A stretch of DNA of 56,975 nt from a virus. Position numbers and translations under genes: made by a program. The notes under the pieces were generated by a model. The model saw only the letters and a program-made list of their open reading frames with translations, searched no databases and was not told the DNA's origin. The stretch covers positions 1-56,975 of IMG/VR virus record IMGVR_UViG_3300035533_000009; one strand, given 5' to 3'. Of the stretch, positions 28,801 to 33,974 are shown piece after piece. Each line of letters starts with the position of its first letter. Position 1 is the stretch's first letter.

Positions 28801-30501
28801 GACTACGACGCTATGGACGAAGGACAGCAGGAAGCATGGCGCAAGACCCTGCGTAAATTCAGCCCTGAAGGCGGGGATATTGTTCATATTCTCAAAGATG
28901 GGAAGCGCAAATACTACCGCGTGAACGACCCCCTCTTCCTGCGCAGCTTGCAGAGCGTAGGCGGCACGGATAGCAACGTATTAAAGCTGTTCCGTATGTC
29001 TAAAAGCCTGCTGACCAACACCGTTACGGCTAACCCTTCGTTTATGTTGGCGAACTTTCTGCGTGACTCCATAAGCACGTGGATGGTTACAGGTACAAAA
29101 ATGATACCGGTACTCTCCGGGATAAAGCAGGGCATGAAGGCGTGGAACGAGGACACGATGCTCTGGCAGATGATGGCAGCCGGTGCCGGGGGTGGGCGCT
29201 TCTACAACACCCGCTCCAAAGATGTGCGCAAGATGGCGAACCAGATCGAAAAGAAAATGAAAGATAAAAACTTCTCCGAGACGGTGCTGGATTCCCCGGG
29301 TAAAATCTGGCAGTTCTGGCAGAAGATGGGCAACGCCTCCGAGAATGCAAACCGTCTGGCAGTCATGCAGGATTATCTCAACCGGGGATACACCCAGACA
29401 GAGGCCGCATATCAGGCAATGGACGTAATGAACTTCACCCGCCACGGTGACGGGGTGATAATGAAGTTTATGATGGATACCGTACCCTTCTTGAACGCAC
29501 GTATTCAGGGCCTGGACCGCTTATACCGTGGGGCAAAGGAGAACCCCGGCACATTTGCTATACGGGGTGCAATGTTGGGCATGGCTTCCCTGGCGCTGTA
29601 CATGGCGAACAAAGATCGGGAAGAGTACGACGATCTCCCGGAGTGGGATAAAGATATTTACTGGCACTTTTTTACCCCGTTCGGACACTATCGTTTCCCG
29701 AAACCGTTTGAAGTTGGCGCAATCTTTGGTATGCTTCCAGAACGTATTGCTGAAGCGGTAAGCAAGGGCGAAACAAGGTTTCTCGCAGACGCCACAAAGC
29801 GGATGGTAATGGACACGTTCGCCTTCGATCCCATGCCGCAGTTGGTAAGACCGGCATACGAAATAGCCATAGACCGCAACCGGTTCTTTGATTCGCCCAT
29901 TGTCGGGTTCGATAAATACCTCGACCCGGAAGCACAGTACAACACCCGCACGCCGGTGAGTTATGTGAAACTCGCAGAAGCTATGCCTGATATAGCGCCG
30001 GACTTCCTGAGAAGCCCGAAACAGCTTGAACACTTAGTGCGGGGATACACATCTTCTGTCGGTTCAATCATGTTCTGGATGGCTGACCGGATGATGGAGC
30101 AGGCGGGGATGATCGATAAGAAAGAAACCATGCAGCTTACGGAGATGCCGGTGATAAAGCGCTTCTTCCGTGAGTATGACCCCAGAAGTGTAAAGTATTC
30201 CAGCTACTTTTACGATATGGTCAACGAGGCGGATCAGATATACAAGACCGTTAACAAGTACATGAAGTACGGACGCCGGGATGATGCCCGCGAACTTATA
30301 GACGACAACCGCGAACTGTTGCAGAAACGCAAAGGCCTGAACCGCTACAAGCGGCAAATATCCGAAATCAATCGCACAATGGATAAGATAGCCCGCTCAA
30401 GCCTTGCACCGGCAATAAAAGACGCACGCAACCGTAAGCTACAGCAGCAGAAAAACCAGCTGCAAAAGAGAGCCGTAGAGATCTACGGGGAAGGATTCTG
30501 A
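19837..30501 (+). CDS. Giant polyvalent (DarB-like) protein: SNF2-type helicase + N6-adenine DNA methyltransferase + PARP-like ADP-ribosyltransferase + HExxH metallopeptidase
   Basis: 3,554 codons, with a TTG start 8 nt after AGGAG. Motifs in order: GTGTGKT (23743), VVPDEADN (24001), QQEGRIYRVGQ (25234), LEPSAGHG (25657), NPPF (25837), AAWHGSPHRF...YGHGLYFAS (26650-26751), KHEGLH (27451). Confidence 0.9.
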   Translation: MDRLDSDFISEFDRAWQEVEAEEAEVKKRQNLPDPVRGLLGGIDTTQGLAYGTAALAGKALGSESLQDWGVEGYQRNMEESASYGESPEFGEDPLGWAGYNLGAVFPSMVEAAGGAAIGTMAAPGPGTAAGATAGRTILKKAIGKLSSDMVESYAKKHGREAVTKEIIDQATEQAQKATLKKLGGRAGAVGATLQMEAGGNFGEAVDVVGVDDASVTSAIATAIPSALVETAGGNIRILDKVLDSRYARMAKEGIQKNNPGIIARAITEGAKQAPAEAAQESFQELMSLSNLYMNDPTNEGLSAENVKSRLGESAGVGALAGGVFGGVTGAVSRGGTAQENISAKIAQAKQSVPKTGDPITDMTNEVQAETAALEQTATERWEGAWRGVAAQEDQRAKRARIRDSQFGDTIPGESVMQVSQRRNAGTGLLTTPERLLPYQEQVVAEQEPTVLPSDAPRSGYMSPEMFEQTGRMLPYSYRDNLSPEQQTERTNIALRERDRQQQSLTREQFQEAQKRVNQVDNYAQLRENTMRQIRNLERKKDLNKPQRNRLKRLQARFDRLTRVAPEKRTNADRVSKEGSKEFIPVMKRKEYRDILPEYVRQNVQTKDEMGMGSVVNADERGHFGQRTPSTNPAWAQDAIAVAGSVPKLRNAVEKAANGEPLGENQRIAVEIVADAYRDERNQGRVGEVLQRRTDTQNLVRTRQATKDKPSSQYLEMDEREQAVYDELDSETKTLHELTMQAYDVADENSVDALLESDLSDGEIAAELYNLIERKSNGRQSETGETTDRQAETAQGPEAGTTERDGTESAEGDVRQEVDPDQFPDATKMIETEQATEATAQPTADVAIEAGQGQRSESAAPDFEEMVKEAARWRGAALNHASNLDKKGKFKVSQRTTKGDLDEYLMRRYGIDETAARDVSNALTQRNVEDDRTADPADYDGEAWQQVGNPVASDETATQPDLPKERMKFVERKVFGEKEVTQPDEKPAKEPLAGNGAQEQKPKPEVSKNTIYTDEAAEKAREIIRASLSRVNAGIDPKLMQAGITLAGYHIEKGARTFAAYAKAMVEDMGDMVRPHLKAWYMAVKYEPSAAEMHADMDSAATVESAEIDDILKVNGGEDVTDERTPGSVERDSRDAGTGDEVGARGVSPNRGVRDSATGGQGVRSSAEQGDSAENSGGVPGRETPAPGKRGNQQAYPADGSVAAAQRTPGGNNGERGGDVSFVGSAVDPVATEAVGETATKGREKAETAKQQKQAEHKRVKLADRENIAETLPALYEEQQDDVYFAEQRFSKPKGTGVLFANGTGTGKTFTGLGIIKRFSMRGKDNVLIVVPNAKLIDDWIESGKALGLDIKKLKDTKDSGNGIVITTYANMGANNSLAEREWDLVVPDEADNLMSNKGGKETSALATLRAITSNPRGTYDRFRMLYSDKIAERDQLKESMQSNRSLYALDDTTDMQRTDLEKEYAGLKEEYDALTKELDQANNEIVDQIKNMPDEQRTRVAFLSATPIPYEKNVDYLEGYLFDYPEEGYIGNSRQGGFEKFMVENFGYRIRYHRLNEPDKEVNRGLMQRMFNKRLREEGVLSTRMLSVDKDYDRRFVLTENAIGSKIDDGLQFLWDNEQYRPLADIINKRFDYLSRRYLLEAIKARESVPLIKDHLSKGRKVVVFHDYKKGGGFNPFDLGTLRNSKEEIAKTDMTLGDLVKQFEAERPDLQQIDFEGLNSPVATFSQAFDDELLIVNGDFKERENLESFKRFNDEDSGPMVMLVQSAKNSGWSGHDTTGKYQRVMFNLGLPERPTMAIQQEGRIYRVGQASNAIFRYLNTGTNWERIAFAQTIAQRSSTAENLAMGEEARALMDGFIEAFEESDSYPAGHPGEGTGGKERDAAANAALTEWDRAMSLYYSQLKRNSKSKAQEGLDYFATPEPLGLKMVEWADVRGGEDVLEPSAGHGAIARWIPENVNATIVEPSLELSSKVRMVAQGKHITDTFENLHKVNKYDAIVMNPPFGKGGKTAIEHLEKATNHLRDGGRVVAIIPTGPAADKRFDNWFYAEDEKGKSLTPDLSLRAEISLPSSTFERAGTSVKARIVVIDKGSESTETATRDYSSATGVKEFFERIEDSSIPERTKAEPAEEAIAPQAEGSESGFKLAQTTHAKKGIDLYVATNIERVPYEEYKRLNSIAKKHNGYYSKFSRNGAVPGFQFESEQDRAEFLKEAGQEQLQSRSAQKTNNTTAQVEKEAKAFLGKGFERMKNAGKLKVVQSVKDLPNVARGMFAAAWHGSPHRFDKFSTENIGTGEGAQAYGHGLYFASSRRVAEWYKEKLSGKLPYKTRVRSYEAPEGGRGWLVEVFSKDRRTGEDDRTPYYLKKDADLKDYLSDTDAKRLITSAESQGDVDEVIRISNEGNLYQVELAPKEDEYLLWDRPLSEQSEKVKTALSDAMGPGILKDGSGQNLYKHLSGNMSLGSQQAASGYLHSLGIRGIKYLDGSSRSKGEGNYNYVIFNDADVEITALYSKNGDIAGVYQDGTIYLVADQIEKGETAGLLKHEGLHLLLRNDPAFKKRKGEIMRQFKNLKNTPKVREAYNSVPEDTAANVRDEEALAYLVQNHKEHSLVKRIISAVKAWMFRNGIPVTKLTEGDLTALAAQGIKRFSKAQTIEQALAQADAMVGSEQPVFSRKRTKGTEAQEKALRETQAVPKDEMSWHERVQDWMKGISENFNKENIRQSVFDEYASVERAEKQKYGKLLDADFSPSKALRATKNLDSVMAAIFMKGKIRRNKNGWVELVDPKNGKGFLQIFEPLFQYEGGSLTRLWEGYAGARRAKELKAQNRENNYSDEQIKELLKLEREYDGTNGKPDFKAIFDEYQAFNKSILDFAESAGVIDPESRKLWESNDYIPMYRILDDMDDAKGPMKKGGVASQTSGIRKLKGGVSKHGGVLENMVMNMTKLVDASYKNIAAERAIDLGLETGHAEAVAGSAANMEEEQIREYVNGVGLDYDAMDEGQQEAWRKTLRKFSPEGGDIVHILKDGKRKYYRVNDPLFLRSLQSVGGTDSNVLKLFRMSKSLLTNTVTANPSFMLANFLRDSISTWMVTGTKMIPVLSGIKQGMKAWNEDTMLWQMMAAGAGGGRFYNTRSKDVRKMANQIEKKMKDKNFSETVLDSPGKIWQFWQKMGNASENANRLAVMQDYLNRGYTQTEAAYQAMDVMNFTRHGDGVIMKFMMDTVPFLNARIQGLDRLYRGAKENPGTFAIRGAMLGMASLALYMANKDREEYDDLPEWDKDIYWHFFTPFGHYRFPKPFEVGAIFGMLPERIAEAVSKGETRFLADATKRMVMDTFAFDPMPQLVRPAYEIAIDRNRFFDSPIVGFDKYLDPEAQYNTRTPVSYVKLAEAMPDIAPDFLRSPKQLEHLVRGYTSSVGSIMFWMADRMMEQAGMIDKKETMQLTEMPVIKRFFREYDPRSVKYSSYFYDMVNEADQIYKTVNKYMKYGRRDDARELIDDNRELLQKRKGLNRYKRQISEINRTMDKIARSSLAPAIKDARNRKLQQQKNQLQKRAVEIYGEGF

Positions 30502-30503
30502 TT

Positions 30504-30626
30504 ATGGCAAACCAGGGGTGGTTGTTAATGCTCACGGTGATAGGCGGGGTGTTCTTTGCCGGCAACTCACTCGCAATGATGCTCCTGGGTATCGTGTTGA
30601 TAATTATTCTTGCCACGATCTTCTGA
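30504..30626 (+). CDS. 40-aa hydrophobic membrane peptide (holin-like candidate)
   Basis: MANQGWLLMLTVIGGVFFAGNSLAMMLLGIVLIIILATIF. The ATG lies 3 nt after the giant ORF stop. Below the ORF-track cut-off. Confidence 0.4.
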   Translation: MANQGWLLMLTVIGGVFFAGNSLAMMLLGIVLIIILATIF

Positions 30627-30652
30627 TTTAACCACACATACAGCAAAACTAA

Positions 30653-30682
30653 GGGGTTGCCTTCACGGGCAGCCCCTTTTTT
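30653..30682 (+). terminator. Rho-independent terminator
   Basis: GGGGTTGCC-TTCACG-GGCAGCCCC followed by TTTTTT. Confidence 0.65.
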
Positions 30683-30694
30683 GTGTCTTGGCTA

Positions 30695-30724
30695 TTGAGT
30701 ACAATGGGTACACAGTGGTATACT
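30695..30724 (+). promoter_or_regulatory. Possible promoter TTGAGT-18 nt-TATACT upstream of the endolysin
   Basis: The hexamers are readable directly after the terminator. The 18-nt spacing is suboptimal. Confidence 0.3.
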
Positions 30725-30760
30725 CATAAGTATAACCTTTCAGTTTGTCACAGGGGACTT

Positions 30761-31351
30761 ATGGAAAACTACTGCGTTCTTATCGACCCCGGCCACGGAG
30801 GTATCTTCTCCGGTGCCGTAGCGGGCGGTGTGAAGGAAAAAGATATTACTCTTGGCGTGTCGTACCAGTTGTTCGAGAGATTGCGCGAGAAGGGCATACA
30901 CGCGCTTATGACGCGCATGGCAGACCACGAGCTAAAACCAGACCTTGGAGCGGACCTCCAGGAGCGGTGCAATATCGAGCACAAGATCAGACCCGCGCTT
31001 TTTATCTCACTCCACTGCAACGCTGCATCCAGCGAGCAAGCACACGGGTTTGAGGTTTTCACTTCTCCCGGAGAAACCCCATCAGACGCAACCGCCGCAA
31101 ACATCTACACCTACATGCAGGCTGATCATCCGGATATCACTTACCGCACCGACTACAGCGATGGAGACCCGGACAAGGAAGCAAACTTTGCGGTCCTCAC
31201 CGGCACGCGCGGCCCGGCGGTGTTGGTAGAGCTTGGCTTTCTGACCCACCCCGAAGAACGCAAGCGCCTGACCAGCCCCCACTATACAAGCGCAATCGCT
31301 GGAACAATCGCAGAAGCAATTATTGCATCGCCGTGGCTCTTCGGGAGGTGA
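30761..31351 (+). CDS. N-acetylmuramoyl-L-alanine amidase (Amidase_3) endolysin
   Basis: LIDPGHGG, EKDITL, LFISLHCNA and GFEVF appear in Amidase_3 order. Met27 of track ORF 30683 is used as the start. Confidence 0.85.
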   Translation: MENYCVLIDPGHGGIFSGAVAGGVKEKDITLGVSYQLFERLREKGIHALMTRMADHELKPDLGADLQERCNIEHKIRPALFISLHCNAASSEQAHGFEVFTSPGETPSDATAANIYTYMQADHPDITYRTDYSDGDPDKEANFAVLTGTRGPAVLVELGFLTHPEERKRLTSPHYTSAIAGTIAEAIIASPWLFGR

Positions 31352-31674
31352 AATTGTCGGAAACATGCCACGACATACACAACAAAGTTGGGAACCTGAA
31401 AGTAACCGTAACCCTGGTTCTGGCAGCGTTCGGAACCATCCTGGTGTTGACCGGATATAACATCAACCAGACGCTTCAGACGCGGCAGGAGATGATCCGC
31501 ACTATGGGAGAAATGCGCACCGAAATACGCGAAGATGTGGCCCGGATCGGCGGACAAATGAGCACCACGAGCCTACGCATAAAGCACTTGGATGACCGCA
31601 TATTTGAAAACCGGGAACTGCTCGTGGACCACGAAAAGCGGATACAGAGGCTAGAGAAGCATGAGGGAGAATAG
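31333..31674 (+). CDS. Membrane-anchored coiled-coil protein (i-spanin-like candidate)
   Basis: An N-terminal TM segment (VTVTLVLAAFGTILVLTGY) precedes a charged coiled coil. TTG 31354, after GGGAGG, is a plausible true start. Directly follows the endolysin. Confidence 0.45.
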   Translation: MALREVKLSETCHDIHNKVGNLKVTVTLVLAAFGTILVLTGYNINQTLQTRQEMIRTMGEMRTEIREDVARIGGQMSTTSLRIKHLDDRIFENRELLVDHEKRIQRLEKHEGE

Positions 31675-31834
31675 CGGGTGCATAGCAATCAAAGCCTACG
31701 GGGCCTGCCGCTCGAAAAGCTGCAAAACATGTCACGCACAACCTGGCAACGTTGCCCGTACTCATGCTGTGGAGTTTGCCCGTGCCGGACGGCTCGGCAG
31801 TGTAGCGGTTGGGATAGATGGCCCTGCAAGGTAG
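31661..31834 (+). CDS. Cys-rich mini-protein, paralog 1 (57 aa)
   Basis: MRENSGCIAIKAYGACRSKSCKTCHAQPGNVARTHAVEFARAGRLG... aligns with ORF 33759..33911 (shared C-x6-AYG-x-C-x4-C-x2-CH-x2-P...FAR-x-RLG). Overlaps the end of the previous ORF. Confidence 0.45.
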   Translation: MRENSGCIAIKAYGACRSKSCKTCHAQPGNVARTHAVEFARAGRLGSVAVGIDGPAR

Positions 31835-31974
31835 CGGAGGGATAATTGAAGAAACTCAGATACATATTACTGGCAATAAAGTTCTTACTCCAAGGCGACA
31901 ACCTTCAAGAAGCCCGAAAGTTCGCGGCTAAACTTGTGTACGGGTTTGAACGGCTGAGCAAGAAATAAAAACAA

Positions 31975-32058
31975 GGGCGCGTTGGGCAGGTGGTGAGCCC
32001 CACAGACTGTAAATCTGTCGCTAACGCTTTGGTAGTTCGATTCTACCCGCGCCCACCA
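31975..32058 (+). tRNA. tRNA-Tyr (anticodon GTA), class II with long variable region, CCA encoded
   Basis: GGGCGCG/CGCGCCC acceptor stem, GGGC..GCCC D arm, ACAGA-CTGTAAA-TCTGT anticodon arm, 12-nt variable region, GGTAG-TTCGATT-CTACC T arm, discriminator A plus CCA. Confidence 0.85.
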
Positions 32059-32201
32059 GTTAAGTTCCCGCTCTGCGTAAGCATCGGGCTCAAGTCCGCA
32101 ATAGCGGCACAGCTCACCTACCAGGATGTAGGCGGAGTAACGGGGTTTGTTGCAGCGGTGTAGCATCCCCAGCTGATAACTATTCAGATTCAGGAGGAAG
32201 C

Positions 32202-32699
32202 ATGGAACGGTACATCGGAGTAAAAATTATCAACGCAAAACCCATGAACCGCCAAGAGTACAACGATTTTCGTGGATGGGAACTGCCCGAAGATGAGAAC
32301 GGCGCAGATGAGGGCTATCTGGTCGAGTATGTAGACGGTGGACAGGCCAATACCGAGGCATACGAGGGTTATGTAAGCTGGTCGCCTAAGGATGTTTTCG
32401 AGCGCGCCTACCGCCAGACCGAAGGCATGACGTTCGGCATGGCAATCGAGGCGGCAAAGAAAGGCTGCAAGATCGCACGGAAGGGGTGGAACGGCAAAGG
32501 TATGTTTGTCGTGTACCAGAAGGGCTACCCCGAAGGTATCCCGGCAAACAAGAATACCGCTGAAGCCTTCGGCCTTGCAGAAGGGGAGCTGTTCAAGGTG
32601 CGCCCGTACCTGCAAATGCGCTGCGCTGATGGCACGCACCAGATGTGGCTTGCATCGCAGTCTGACATTCTCGAAGAAGATTGGGTTGTGGTGGGGTAA
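32202..32699 (+). CDS. DUF2829-domain protein (Tad2-family candidate)
   Basis: MTFGMAIEAAKKGCKIARKGWNGKG...WLASQSDILEEDWVVV matches my recollection of the DUF2829 signature. The N-terminal extension YIGVKIINAKPM...GYLVEY...SWSPKDVFERAY is also common in this family. Confidence 0.65.
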   Translation: MERYIGVKIINAKPMNRQEYNDFRGWELPEDENGADEGYLVEYVDGGQANTEAYEGYVSWSPKDVFERAYRQTEGMTFGMAIEAAKKGCKIARKGWNGKGMFVVYQKGYPEGIPANKNTAEAFGLAEGELFKVRPYLQMRCADGTHQMWLASQSDILEEDWVVVG

Positions 32700-32926
32700 T
32701 GGCAAAGATAGAGGTTTTGCCGGAGCAGAGATGGGGTGCGGATGCCGCGCTCCATTCCGCCCTGGAATCCATAGGCCCTGAAGATAAGGTGTTGGTGTTA
32801 GGCATCATCACCCTTGAAGACGGCTCTACACAGCGAGTAATGCGCTCTGCAAACATGACGCAATGTGAAGCACTGTTTGAGATGGAGCGCAGGAAGTTGG
32901 AATTACTAACTGAGGTGGAGGGTTAG
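32699..32926 (+). CDS. Hypothetical protein (75 aa)
   Basis: TAATG junction with the previous ORF. Met7 of the track ORF is used as the start. Confidence 0.5.
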   Translation: MAKIEVLPEQRWGADAALHSALESIGPEDKVLVLGIITLEDGSTQRVMRSANMTQCEALFEMERRKLELLTEVEG

Positions 32927-33085
32927 ATGGCAAACGGAAAATGCAACGCACCTACGGAAGTATACCAGCGCGTAACCGGGTTTTTCCGCCCGGTTCAAAC
33001 CTACAACAAAGGCAAGGCAGAGGAATACCGCGAACGCGTCAACTACAAACCGGAGACACGCTATCATCCTAATCATGGCGGTTGA
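32927..33085 (+). CDS. Stand-alone NrdD-like glycyl-radical mini-protein (52 aa)
   Basis: MANGKCNAPTEVYQRVTGFFRPVQTYNKGKAEEYRERVNYKPE... carries the class III RNR C-terminal signature RVxG[YF]...NxGKxxE..R. Below the ORF-track cut-off. Confidence 0.6.
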   Translation: MANGKCNAPTEVYQRVTGFFRPVQTYNKGKAEEYRERVNYKPETRYHPNHGG

Positions 33086-33096
33086 ATGGAGCAGAC

Positions 33097-33504
33097 ATGC
33101 CGTTAAAACCTGAGTTTTTTACCCAGCTAAATGCCGTCAAAATAGGCACGTATCAAGGTCGCGGGCTGTGGAAGCTCTTTGCCCCACTCGTGTACTCCAG
33201 CGCAATAGCTGGGCAGACGATAAGTGTACCCAGTGGATTTGTTACCGATTACGCAAGTGTGCCAAGGATACCGGGGATTTGGTGGGTTGCTGGCGGGTGT
33301 GCAGACGAAGCAGCGGTAGTGCATGACTGGATTTACAATCAACAGATTGTGAGCCGCGATTTAGCAGACAAGGTATTTCTTGAGGCGATGGAAGCGTCTG
33401 GGGTAAGCGCCTGGCGTAGGTATTTAATGTATGCCGCAGTCCGAGCGTTCGGTATGTGGCACTACGGGAAGGGCAAGGTGATTGTAGATGTGGGGAGCGA
33501 TTAA
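33097..33504 (+). CDS. DUF1353-family protein
   Basis: GFVTDYASVPR...HDWIY...R..AD..FLEAM matches the DUF1353 pattern as recalled. Confidence 0.6.
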   Translation: MPLKPEFFTQLNAVKIGTYQGRGLWKLFAPLVYSSAIAGQTISVPSGFVTDYASVPRIPGIWWVAGGCADEAAVVHDWIYNQQIVSRDLADKVFLEAMEASGVSAWRRYLMYAAVRAFGMWHYGKGKVIVDVGSD

Positions 33505-33769
33505 GAGTTTTTTCGTAAAGATTGTATGGCCTTCGACGGCAGCATTATTTAACCGCCTGACGCCCATCGTTGCGGAGACAGCGGTTAAATTGGCGTATAA
33601 CAAAGCAAGCGAAATCAAGGGCAAGGTCGGTAAGAGTGACCGCCGAAAGGTCGAAAAAGAACTGATAAATGACCTGAAGGCTCAAGGGTTGATGGTAGGT
33701 GTCGACTTTGCTTTAGGCGAAATAGAAGACGCGGCAAAATTAGCGGTAAAAAAGGCTGATGAAAGATAA
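33488..33769 (+). CDS. Hypothetical protein (93 aa)
   Basis: An ORF with a hydrophobic N-terminus and a Lys-rich remainder. Overlaps both neighbours. Confidence 0.45.
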   Translation: MWGAIKSFFVKIVWPSTAALFNRLTPIVAETAVKLAYNKASEIKGKVGKSDRRKVEKELINDLKAQGLMVGVDFALGEIEDAAKLAVKKADER

Positions 33770-33911
33770 ATGCCCGGTCGCAATAGCTTACGGATGCTGT
33801 CACTTATCCAGCTGCAAGGGATGCCACGGCAGACCAGAGCGTGACGCATTTGAGCGTGCTGCGAAGTTCGCTCGCAAAAGACTGGGGAAGCATTATCCGA
33901 CAAAAGAATGA
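33759..33911 (+). CDS. Cys-rich mini-protein, paralog 2 (50 aa)
   Basis: MKDKCPVAIAYGCCHLSSCKGCHGRPERDAFERAAKFARKRLGKHYPTKE is a paralog of ORF 31661..31834. It is the last ORF before the operon terminator. Confidence 0.45.
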   Translation: MKDKCPVAIAYGCCHLSSCKGCHGRPERDAFERAAKFARKRLGKHYPTKE

Positions 33912-33920
33912 TTGCCATTG

Positions 33921-33956
33921 CCCCCGGTAGCCCCTCCTTCTGCCGGGGGATTTTTT
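33921..33956 (+). terminator. Rho-independent terminator ending the rightward late/accessory operon
   Basis: CCCCCGG...CCGGGGG stem followed by ATTTTTT. Convergent with the minus-strand repressor gene. Confidence 0.6.
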
Positions 33957-33974
33957 AACACCTGAAAAACCACT

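Noticed and set aside
31661-31834. Interpreting the Cys-rich ORF that overlaps the i-spanin-like gene as an o-spanin (Rz1)
   Set aside because: It has no signal peptide and no lipobox ([LVI][ASTVI][GAS]C) before any cysteine. It also has a paralog far from the lysis genes.
31885-32166. 93-aa minus-strand ORF
   Set aside because: Its central part is simply the reverse complement of the tRNA-Tyr gene.
31661-33911. Reading the Cx4Cx2CH motif of the two mini-ORFs as a radical-SAM/NrdG-like cluster linked to the NrdD mini-protein
   Set aside because: The radical-SAM motif is Cx3Cx2C within a ~200-aa barrel. These peptides are 50-57 aa and the spacing differs, so the resemblance is probably coincidental.
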